A program made the translations under genes and the position numbers. The notes below the pieces were generated by a model that was given only the letters and a program-made list of their open reading frames with translations, made no database searches and was not told the DNA's origin. 64,000 nucleotides of DNA. It comes from Candidatus Uhrbacteria bacterium (GTDB lineage: Bacteria > Patescibacteriota > Patescibacteriia > UBA9934 > UBA10169). Of the stretch, positions 20,126 to 28,333 are shown in pieces (position 1 is the first letter of the stretch; each line of letters starts with the position of its first letter). The stretch spans positions 27,912 through 91,911 of the forward strand of contig JACPJO010000002.1 in NCBI GenBank assembly GCA_016187485.1, in the 5' to 3' direction.

Positions 20126-23038
20126 ATGGATCAAAAACGGCCATTTCCCGAGATGGAAGAAGAAGTTCTCAAGTTTTGGGAGAAACAAGAAATCTTCAAA
20201 AAGACGCTTGAAAAGAATGCTCCGCACGGGGAGTTTGTCTTTTACGATGGACCGCCATTTGCAACCGGCCTTCCTCACTACGGGCACATTCTCGCCTCGA
20301 CGATCAAAGACGTTATTCCGCGTTACAAAACCATGCAAGGCTATCATGTCCGTCGCGTGTGGGGATGGGATTGCCACGGCCTTCCCATTGAAAATATCGT
20401 TGAGGGGCAGATGGAGATTTCCGGCAAGAAGCAGATCGAAGAAAAAGGCGTGGAGCAATTTAATCGCACATGCCGTGAGTGCGTGTTGAAGTATGCAACC
20501 GAATGGGGGCGCACCGTACGACGAATCGGTCGATGGGTGGATTTCGAGCATGCGTACAAGACCATGGATACTCCCTATATGGAGTCGGTGTGGTGGGGAG
20601 TAAAACAGATTTGGGAGAAAGGGTTGTTGTACGAAGGACGCAAAGTGCTTCTCTATTGTCCGCGTTGCGAAACGCCAATTTCGAATTTTGAAGTTGCGAT
20701 GGATAACAGTTACAAAGATGTTACGGAAGAGTCGGTGTATGTGAAGTTTAAGGTGAAGGACCCGGCGTCACACGGCCTGCCGAAGAATACGTATCTTTTG
20801 GCATGGACGACGACGCCGTGGACGCTGCCTGGAAATGTGGCGCTCGCGGTGGGGAAGGATATTGAATATGCTGTCGCTGTGCAGTCCAGGGAACATCTCA
20901 TTTTTGCAAAAACATTCAGCAATTTGGTGCCAGGTACCGAAATACTCAGTAAAACGGTGCTAGGCACCGATTTGGATGGGGTTGAATACGAGCCGCTTTT
21001 TGAGGTTCCAGCGCTTGCGGCGACGGGGAGGAAATCTCACTACGTGACAACGGCGGATTTTGTGACAACCGACGAGGGTACAGGCATCGTACACACGGCC
21101 GTAGTTTACGGTGAAGACGACTACAAACTTGGACTCGATCGCGACTTGCCCGTTGTGCCGCTATTGGATGCACAGGGACATTTTAATGAAGAAGCGCCGG
21201 AGCTTATTCGTGGGCAGTATTTCAAAAAAGCAGAAAAGGTGATCAAAGATGATCTTGCTGCGCGCGGGCTGCTCTTCAAAAAAGAGCAGAACACACATAG
21301 CTATCCGCACTGCTGGCGTTGCTCTACCCCACTTTTTTACAACGCGATTCCGGCGTGGTTTATCAATATCCAAAAAATCAAACAGCGAATGCTCGAGTTG
21401 AACGAGGACATCCACTGGTATCCTGAACACTTGAAGCATGGGCGGTTTTTGCATGGACTCGAGAACGCGCCGGACTGGAACATCTCACGTAACCGTTATT
21501 GGGCCACGCCGATTCCGATTTGGAAATGTGAAAAGGACGTGTTACATATGACGTGCATCGGTTCGGTTGAGGAACTTCGAACAAAAGCGAAAAACTTCGA
21601 CGCGGTGTATGGATCGGGGGTGAGACTTGAGAATCTTGATCTGCACAAACCTTTCATCGACGAGGTCGTTCTTTCATGCGACTGCGGCGGGGAGATGAGG
21701 CGCATCCCCGAGGTGATTGATTGTTGGGTGGAGTCTGCTTCCATGCCGTTTGCGGAGCTTCACGCGCCGTTTGAGAACAACGAACTGTTCAAACAACGTT
21801 ACCCCGCGCAATTCGTAGCGGAATACATTGCGCAAACGCGCGCGTGGTTCTATGTGTCGTATGTCATGAGCACGATCCTCTTTGACCGTGCGCCGTTTGA
21901 AAATGTCGTGACGACCGGTACGATTCTGAACGAAAAAGGTGAGAAACTCTCAAAGTCCAAAAAGAACTACACCGACCCCGACATCATCTTGGACAAGTTC
22001 GGCGCGGATGCGTTACGGTTTTACCTCATGAGTTCGGTCGTCATGAAAGCGGACAACCTCTTTTTCTCCGATCGCGAAGTGGATGAGGTGGTAAAGAAGG
22101 TTTTGAATCTCTTTTGGAACTGCGCGCAGTTTTATAAGCAGTACCAGGTACAACACTCGGTGTTGTCAAAAACGACACCGAGTGTTGTATATGTGCTTGA
22201 CCGGTGGATTTTGGCGCGGCTTGATGAGCTCGCCGCGGTTCTCACGGTTGCTCTCGATGCCTACGACACGCCTCTTTCGTGCCGGCTCATCCGGGAGTTT
22301 ATCGACGATCTCTCGACCTGGTACGTTCGTCGCTCGCGTGAGCGGTTCAAGAGTGACAACAAAGCCGACAAACAGGCGGCGATGGGGACGCTTCGTCATG
22401 TGCTCCTCGAACTCTCCAAACTCCTGGCACCATTTACCCCGTTCATTGCCGAGAAGCTGTATCGAGATTTGGGTGGGGAGAAGGAGAGCGTGCATTTAGA
22501 GGACTGGCCAACAGTCTCGAGTGATGGCGTATCTCGTGTGGAGGTACTCCAGGGGATGCATCTTGTCCGAAACATTGTCACAATTGCGCTTGAGCGTCGT
22601 GCTGCGGCGAAAATCCCCGTCCGCCAGCCGTTGGCGAAGCTTACTGTAACGTCTGCGGGCGAATTATCAGATGAACTTCTTGAGATCATTGCGGACGAAG
22701 TGAACGTGAAAGAAGTGAAACAGGAACCCGGCAACGGGCAACTGGCAGCCGAGCTCGACACCACTCTCACGCCCGAGCTCATCTCTGAAGGCATAGCGCG
22801 CGAAGTGATCCGGCGGGTGAATGATATGCGCAAACAAAAGGGGCTCACGGTAGCCGAGCAGATCGTTTTGTCTATTTTGCCAGATCCCAACGCCCAGATT
22901 CTTCCGCATGCGTTATCCACGCACAGAGAAATGATCCTCAAGGCCACACACGCAGATGCTCTCGAGGTGCGTGAAGTCGAAGGAATGGAGACCTTTGATG
23001 TTGGGGAGGCACTTCGGATCGGTCTTGAGGTATCATAA
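20126..23038 (+). CDS. ileS: Isoleucyl-tRNA synthetase
   Basis: HIGH-class motif PHYGHILAS, KMSKS-class motif KLSKSKKN, a CP1 editing-domain-length insertion, and an anticodon-binding C-terminus. About 970 aa. Confidence 0.9.
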   Translation: MDQKRPFPEMEEEVLKFWEKQEIFKKTLEKNAPHGEFVFYDGPPFATGLPHYGHILASTIKDVIPRYKTMQGYHVRRVWGWDCHGLPIENIVEGQMEISGKKQIEEKGVEQFNRTCRECVLKYATEWGRTVRRIGRWVDFEHAYKTMDTPYMESVWWGVKQIWEKGLLYEGRKVLLYCPRCETPISNFEVAMDNSYKDVTEESVYVKFKVKDPASHGLPKNTYLLAWTTTPWTLPGNVALAVGKDIEYAVAVQSREHLIFAKTFSNLVPGTEILSKTVLGTDLDGVEYEPLFEVPALAATGRKSHYVTTADFVTTDEGTGIVHTAVVYGEDDYKLGLDRDLPVVPLLDAQGHFNEEAPELIRGQYFKKAEKVIKDDLAARGLLFKKEQNTHSYPHCWRCSTPLFYNAIPAWFINIQKIKQRMLELNEDIHWYPEHLKHGRFLHGLENAPDWNISRNRYWATPIPIWKCEKDVLHMTCIGSVEELRTKAKNFDAVYGSGVRLENLDLHKPFIDEVVLSCDCGGEMRRIPEVIDCWVESASMPFAELHAPFENNELFKQRYPAQFVAEYIAQTRAWFYVSYVMSTILFDRAPFENVVTTGTILNEKGEKLSKSKKNYTDPDIILDKFGADALRFYLMSSVVMKADNLFFSDREVDEVVKKVLNLFWNCAQFYKQYQVQHSVLSKTTPSVVYVLDRWILARLDELAAVLTVALDAYDTPLSCRLIREFIDDLSTWYVRRSRERFKSDNKADKQAAMGTLRHVLLELSKLLAPFTPFIAEKLYRDLGGEKESVHLEDWPTVSSDGVSRVEVLQGMHLVRNIVTIALERRAAAKIPVRQPLAKLTVTSAGELSDELLEIIADEVNVKEVKQEPGNGQLAAELDTTLTPELISEGIAREVIRRVNDMRKQKGLTVAEQIVLSILPDPNAQILPHALSTHREMILKATHADALEVREVEGMETFDVGEALRIGLEVS

Positions 23039-23042
23039 GCAC

Positions 23043-23921
23043 ATGAATCCCGCACGGACACTTCTTATTGTTCCCCCAAACGATGAAGAGGCCTACTTGA
23101 TCGCCGAGATCGGGGAACGACTTGGCATGCAGGTCTATCGTTCGTCTCAACCTCATGGTGCCCGTCTTGAAAAAGAGCCGGGCGTGTGCGCGTTTATCAA
23201 AAAGTCTTCTGCCGATACGGTTGTTGTTGTCGAAATGCCGGGATTGAAGACGGAGGGGGAAATCCGCCGACTCGGCCGCCACCTTGTTATTATTGATCAC
23301 CACAATTACACCGACCTTGATCGTGCGCATGCGCTAGACGGGACGCCGCTCCCAAGCTCGCTTGAGCAATTTCTTCGTTTATTTGACGTGACGGATGAGC
23401 AACTGGACCGTTTTGGATATGTGCCGCGTTTTGTACGCGCGGTCGGTCTATGGGATGCAGGGTACATATGGGCCCTGTTTGACGCAGGATTTTCGCGCGA
23501 AGATATGGAGAAGTTTCTTGTCTTCAAAGATGAGATTGCTTTGCGTGTTGGCGCCGCGGAAGTCGCACCGCACAACAAAGAGATGGCGAAGGGAGCATGG
23601 GAACAGCGGGAGACGTTTGGAGATTTTCTTATTGTGACAAGTCTCGACCCCATCGCGCAGATCCGTTCGAACGTCTCGCGCCTGGCGGCCATGGAATTTT
23701 GGCGCCCAACCCCCATGATCATTTCGGAGCGCGGCGGTAAACGTTTGTACGTGCAAGAAACGGATCATGCGCTTGACCTCTTTCACCACTTTGGCGGGTT
23801 TACGTTTGGGACAGATCGTAATTGGGGGTACGATAACGATACCGAGAAAGTGTCCTGCACGCTCTCGGACGTGAAAACATTTTTGTATGACACGCGAAAA
23901 ACCCATGATGCGGGGATTTGA
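23043..23921 (+). CDS. Hypothetical protein (weak DHH-phosphoesterase-like motif)
   Basis: The start MNPARTLLIV is at 23043. The upstream ORF extension overlaps the ileS 3' end. It contains VIIDHHNY and GGFTFG, which are reminiscent of DHH motif III/IV but not convincing. Confidence 0.3.
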   Translation: MNPARTLLIVPPNDEEAYLIAEIGERLGMQVYRSSQPHGARLEKEPGVCAFIKKSSADTVVVVEMPGLKTEGEIRRLGRHLVIIDHHNYTDLDRAHALDGTPLPSSLEQFLRLFDVTDEQLDRFGYVPRFVRAVGLWDAGYIWALFDAGFSREDMEKFLVFKDEIALRVGAAEVAPHNKEMAKGAWEQRETFGDFLIVTSLDPIAQIRSNVSRLAAMEFWRPTPMIISERGGKRLYVQETDHALDLFHHFGGFTFGTDRNWGYDNDTEKVSCTLSDVKTFLYDTRKTHDAGI

Positions 23922-24534
23922 AGCGGAGTGGGCCGAAATCGACGAGGTGCGCACGGCCTATGCGGAGCTATTGGAAAAAGTCCGCGCCGCGGCAACTCTT
24001 GGCCAGCCGACGCGCAAACACGTGCTCTCCCATCCTGACACAAAGGGAATGGATCCGCTGGTGGTGGACTTGGTGTGTCTGCTTGATGACGCAGAGCGGC
24101 TCTTCGATCAGCGACGGGATGCGGTGGCCTATGAGCGCATTGAACACGTCGTTGCCACACACAGACACCCTGTTCTCTCCACCATGCGGATTTTGGAGGC
24201 GCTTGTGTGGGAACTCTCTCCGGCACATGTTATTGAACACATGCTGTACGCGGAGAACGAGGCGCACCCAGAGTATCGAGATGCGGCACAAAAGAGACGC
24301 GTGGCGGTACTCGCGCGCCGGTGGCAGGACGCGTTTCACGCTCACGGGCTTGATGGGGTGGCTCTTGGCCGGCTGCTTGCCATAAAACCAGGCCCGGGTC
24401 TTGGGCAACAGCTGAAAGAAATCCAGGCTTTTGCCAAAGGGGAGAGGGCAGAGCTTCCGGATGTTCCTCTTCCCGCTCGCGAAACACTCCTTCGCGCCGT
24501 GGATGGGGCTCGTGCTATGATGGCCGCCGTATGA
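23887..24534 (+). CDS. Hypothetical protein
   Basis: 215-aa ORF with a 35-nt overlap onto the upstream gene and a 4-nt overlap with ruvA (ATGA). I recognise no motif. Confidence 0.3.
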   Translation: MTREKPMMRGFEAEWAEIDEVRTAYAELLEKVRAAATLGQPTRKHVLSHPDTKGMDPLVVDLVCLLDDAERLFDQRRDAVAYERIEHVVATHRHPVLSTMRILEALVWELSPAHVIEHMLYAENEAHPEYRDAAQKRRVAVLARRWQDAFHAHGLDGVALGRLLAIKPGPGLGQQLKEIQAFAKGERAELPDVPLPARETLLRAVDGARAMMAAV

Positions 24535-25076
24535 TCGGACGTCTGCGGGGAACCGTTGTGCATCGAGGAGGGGATTATGTGTTGTTTGAGGTTGGCGCGG
24601 TAGCGTATCGGTTGGAAATACCTGCGGTTTCCGTGGCGCAGTTTGGCGGAGAGATGACCCTCTACACGCACGAAGTCGTGCGCGATGATGCGCATGAACT
24701 TTTTGCGTTTCTGACGCTTGAGGCTCTCGAGCTTTTTTGGAAGTTGATCGGCATCAGTGGAGTGGGGCCGAGGAGCGCGCAAAAGATCGTTTTTGCTGAC
24801 CATGTGGGCGTGGTGCGTGCGCATATTATGAAAGGCAACATTGCGTTCCTCACCCACATTCATGGTGTCGGCACAAAGACAGCGCAGAAAATCATCTTGG
24901 AGTTGAAGGGGGTGCTTATGGACGCGCCTGCGGGGCCGGTGGTAGATGTGGACGCACTCGATGCTTTACTTGGACTTGGGTACAAGCGTGCAGATGCGGT
25001 ACGGGCGCTCGAGGGGCTTTCCGGTTCGGCCGAGGAACAGGTACGCGCAGCGCTCAAACAGCTTGCGCGTCAGTAA
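24531..25076 (+). CDS. ruvA: Holliday junction DNA helicase RuvA
   Basis: MIGRLRGTV...GDYVLFEVGGVGY-like N-terminal OB fold, HhH region IHGVGTKTAQKIILELKG, and a C-terminal RuvB-interaction domain. Confidence 0.85.
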   Translation: MIGRLRGTVVHRGGDYVLFEVGAVAYRLEIPAVSVAQFGGEMTLYTHEVVRDDAHELFAFLTLEALELFWKLIGISGVGPRSAQKIVFADHVGVVRAHIMKGNIAFLTHIHGVGTKTAQKIILELKGVLMDAPAGPVVDVDALDALLGLGYKRADAVRALEGLSGSAEEQVRAALKQLARQ

Positions 25077-25077
25077 T

Positions 25078-25992
25078 ATGCGTGTCCGTCCTGTTTCAGA
25101 TGCCGGTCAGTGGGAAACCTTTGTTCTGGCGCACGCCCCCACAAGCGGTGCGTTTTTCTACGAGAGAGAAAATCGCGTTGAGTTCCTTGACGGAGAACGG
25201 CTCGTGGGAGTTGCCGTTGTCGAGAAACAACATACGCCGATGGGTTCCTATCTTTTTGTGCCGCGAGGCCCTCTTCTTGCCGATGGCGTTTCGTATCAAG
25301 AAGCGCTTCTTGCTCTTTGGGAGTTTTTTCCGGAGGCTCTCTTTATTCGTTTTGAACCGACGAAGGATGGAGACTACTCGTGGGCAACACGAACCGTGGA
25401 TGTGAACCCAAAGGAGACGCTCGTTCTTGATCTTACAAAATCGGAAGACGATCTTCTTGCCGCCATGCACCCAAAGACGCGCTACAACATCCGGCTTGCA
25501 CAGCGCAAGGGTGCCGTTGTGCGCGCTCTCGTGTCTTCGGAGTTTGACGTGGCGTGGAAAGTTTTTGAAGAAACAGCTCGACGCGATCATTTCCGCCTTC
25601 ACGCAAAGGCACATTACCAACATTTTCTGGAAACACTTTCTGCAAAGCTGATCGGGGTCTTCTCTGAGGGCCAACTATTGGCGGCGCACCTCATGGTGGA
25701 CGCGTATGGTACGCGCACATATCTTCACGGTGCCTCTTCTTCTCTCCATCGCGAGGTAATGGCGCCGTATCTTTTGCATTGGCAAGAGATCAAAGAGGCG
25801 AAAGACGCTGGATTAACCTGCTACGATTTTTGGGGCGTCTCAAACACAAAACCCGCCTGGGCGGGCATCACACGTTTCAAGCGCGGCTTTTCTGGTAAAG
25901 AAATTTCGTATCCGGGGACGTTTGATTATTACAGGTCCCCTTGGTCCTATAAGGCGTATACTTTTTTGCGTGCACTGCGCCGTTTTTTATAA
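25078..25992 (+). CDS. FemAB-family peptidyl/aminoacyl-transferase (peptidoglycan interpeptide-bridge-like)
   Basis: N-terminal ...FLQS..W-type region (WETFVLAHAPTSGAFFYERENR), YLFVPRGPL, KTRYNIRLAQRKG and LHGASSS...YLLHWQEIKEAKDAG match the FemX/FemAB pattern. The start MRVRPVSD is at 25078. Confidence 0.6.
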   Translation: MRVRPVSDAGQWETFVLAHAPTSGAFFYERENRVEFLDGERLVGVAVVEKQHTPMGSYLFVPRGPLLADGVSYQEALLALWEFFPEALFIRFEPTKDGDYSWATRTVDVNPKETLVLDLTKSEDDLLAAMHPKTRYNIRLAQRKGAVVRALVSSEFDVAWKVFEETARRDHFRLHAKAHYQHFLETLSAKLIGVFSEGQLLAAHLMVDAYGTRTYLHGASSSLHREVMAPYLLHWQEIKEAKDAGLTCYDFWGVSNTKPAWAGITRFKRGFSGKEISYPGTFDYYRSPWSYKAYTFLRALRRFL

Positions 25993-25996
25993 TCCC

Positions 25997-26073
25997 TGGT
26001 GCGCCCGACACGATTCGAACGTGTGACCTCTTCCTTCGGAGGGAAGCGCTCTATCCAGCTGAGCTACGGGCGC
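25997..26073 (-). tRNA. tRNA-Arg (anticodon CCG), CCA encoded
   Basis: Reverse complement GCGCCCG TA GCTC AGCTGGATA GAGC G CTTCC CTCCGAA GGAAG ... CGGGCGC A CCA. The acceptor stem is perfect. Confidence 0.85.
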
Positions 26074-26120
26074 ATGCGGCCGTATGGTATGCTAGGAGCA
26101 ATTAATCAGTCAATCACCCT

Positions 26121-26480
26121 ATGGCGCGCGAATCTTTTCCTTCCCCGGAGGCTGCACGGGCAGACGTCGTGGTCCCTCTCGGGGAATCTGTAGAGGCGGT
26201 AAATAACTCGTACGACAAACTATTAGGAGACCTCGGCCGCGTGAAAGCGGCGCTCGATGGTGCAAAGGAAGCCTATGAAGAGGCGCGGACAAGGGGGGAT
26301 CGCGCAGGCAAAGAGCGCCATGCCCACATGGAAATCGAACTCGGGCGCTACTACCTTAAACTTCTTGGTCAATTAAAGGAGACGCAACGGGCGCTCGACG
26401 GACTCATGGAAGGGTGGAAACTTGCACGTGAAGATGCGCAAAAACGTTATGGCGTTGAGTTTCCAAAAGTGACCGAATAA
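26121..26480 (+). CDS. Hypothetical small coiled-coil protein
   Basis: 119-aa ORF, charged and heptad-like (LLGDLGRVKAALDGAKEAYEEAR). No obvious SD sequence. Confidence 0.35.
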   Translation: MARESFPSPEAARADVVVPLGESVEAVNNSYDKLLGDLGRVKAALDGAKEAYEEARTRGDRAGKERHAHMEIELGRYYLKLLGQLKETQRALDGLMEGWKLAREDAQKRYGVEFPKVTE

Positions 26481-26491
26481 CACACAGGCAA

Positions 26492-28330
26492 CTAGAGGGT
26501 TACTTTTCCGTCATCGGTGGCGAAAGAGTCGTCATCCAAGCGAGTCGTCAGTCCGGCGGCCTCTGCACGCAACGTAGTGCCGTCGGTGTTTTTTGCTGTC
26601 ACGGTGGCCTGTTCGGAAAGCGGAAGAATAGATCCAGCTTGATTCTCTGTTGGCGTCACTTCCACAAAGAATCGTGTCTGCGCGCTGTCCGTGAGTGAAG
26701 GAATACTCCACCGAACCTCGCGTGAAGCCGTGTCGAACGTCACAGCGCCCAGAGAGGCATCCCCCCCGTTCACGAACGTCACGCCCGCAGGAAGCACCGT
26801 CTTTCCCACGATCTCTGTGAGCGATTCCGTTGGTTTTTCTAAAGCCCAATCAATGGCATAGCGTGTTGTTTGGCCCACGGTCGGTGGAAGAGGGCCTGTG
26901 CCAAGTGGGCCGCCGTCCGCATCGTAGTAGCGCGCAGAGGCAAGAAGGGAGAGAGGACCGAAGAAGCGGATCGTAAGGGGGGCGACTTGTAGGGTGAGCG
27001 GCTTGCTCTCGACGATTCCCGACAGGGACACCATTATGTGGAGCACCTCTGAAAATCGTGCCGGGTTGAGTTCTTCGGGGGTGGCGAGGACGAGGTCAAT
27101 CACTCCCTCGGCGCCGGGCGCCACAAGGTCGAATGCCTCGCGCTCATTCTGCCCCCAACGCACAACATTGCTCTCACGTACGCCGTCAGCCAAGTTGGTG
27201 TCCTCTGACGACCACAGGACGGGAACTGTCCGTGTCCCCGACAGCGTAAGAGCGACGGCAAAATTCTTTATGGGTTTGCTTCCTGTGTGTTTCCAGGGCA
27301 GAGAGACACGGAGCGCTGTGCCTGCAGGTAGACTCTGGTCTTTTGCAGAGCCGTTTACAATAATATTTCCGTAGGCGGCGCCGGCATCAACAGCAATCGA
27401 GGAACGCTCTCGCGAGAGATTTACGTAGGTTCCGTCCTCTGCCTTCTTTGAAAGCTCGCTCCCAATTTCTTCTTCGCTTTTGGCGTTGCTGGCAAAACTT
27501 CCCTGCACGCGAAAGGTCGCTTTGCTGTGTGCTTCCGAACGCCCAATATCCCACATGCCTCCTTTAAGGGGCGGCTCGCTGCTTTGCACGACGAAACTAC
27601 CGGGGAGGAGCGGCTGTACACACAGATCTTCGGTCGCCGTGTCAGACGCGTTCAGTAAATTATAAGAAAGGGTGATGGTTTCTCCGGCTGATGCACGCTC
27701 CACGTCCTCCCTGGCAAGAGAGAGGGCGCTCTCCTGGAGCTCCACGTTGAAATTTTTAATGAGATCGAATTCGGCATTGAAGTTTGCGGGGCGATAGGAT
27801 GCGACGATCTGGATGCGCTCGGTGCTTGGTACAGATGTGAAGAATGTCCCGAAGAGTTCAACAGCGCCGTCCGAACCGCGGGAGAGCGATCCCAGCGGGA
27901 ACAGTCCTGTCTCATCTTGTTCGGGAGATGCGTGATCGAGAAAAAACGTCTTTGGCAGATGCACGCGGACGGAGAGCGAGGCGAGCGACACATCGCCCGT
28001 GTTTTGGTAGGTGAGGACTAAACGCGTGGGAACACCAACCGTCACGGGGGGTTCACTATTCAAGGCAAAAACCACCGGTTCGCCAGCGGATTCTTGGGAA
28101 AGAGCACCAAACAACATGAGTCCTCCCCACGTGACTGCGGCAAGCAGGAAGACGATGCCCGAAACCGCCCAGGCACGACTTCGCCACGAACGTGTCGGTT
28201 CGCGCAGCCTCTGAAAATCTGGCAACTCTCCATCCTCACGATAAATTCGATCGAGATCGCGGGTCACCGCTTCCTGCCGGCGTCGCAAACGCAGTCGCCC
28301 GTGCATGGGGTGGCGTGGAGGGAGTTTCAT
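26492..28330 (-). CDS. Large membrane-anchored extracytoplasmic protein, unknown function
   Basis: N-terminal basic cytoplasmic tail, one TM helix (WAVSGIVFLLAAVTWGGLMLFGAL), then about 530 aa of Thr/Ser/Val-rich beta-type sequence. Confidence 0.5.
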   Translation of the reverse strand: MKLPPRHPMHGRLRLRRRQEAVTRDLDRIYREDGELPDFQRLREPTRSWRSRAWAVSGIVFLLAAVTWGGLMLFGALSQESAGEPVVFALNSEPPVTVGVPTRLVLTYQNTGDVSLASLSVRVHLPKTFFLDHASPEQDETGLFPLGSLSRGSDGAVELFGTFFTSVPSTERIQIVASYRPANFNAEFDLIKNFNVELQESALSLAREDVERASAGETITLSYNLLNASDTATEDLCVQPLLPGSFVVQSSEPPLKGGMWDIGRSEAHSKATFRVQGSFASNAKSEEEIGSELSKKAEDGTYVNLSRERSSIAVDAGAAYGNIIVNGSAKDQSLPAGTALRVSLPWKHTGSKPIKNFAVALTLSGTRTVPVLWSSEDTNLADGVRESNVVRWGQNEREAFDLVAPGAEGVIDLVLATPEELNPARFSEVLHIMVSLSGIVESKPLTLQVAPLTIRFFGPLSLLASARYYDADGGPLGTGPLPPTVGQTTRYAIDWALEKPTESLTEIVGKTVLPAGVTFVNGGDASLGAVTFDTASREVRWSIPSLTDSAQTRFFVEVTPTENQAGSILPLSEQATVTAKNTDGTTLRAEAAGLTTRLDDDSFATDDGKVTL

Positions 28331-28333
28331 AGG

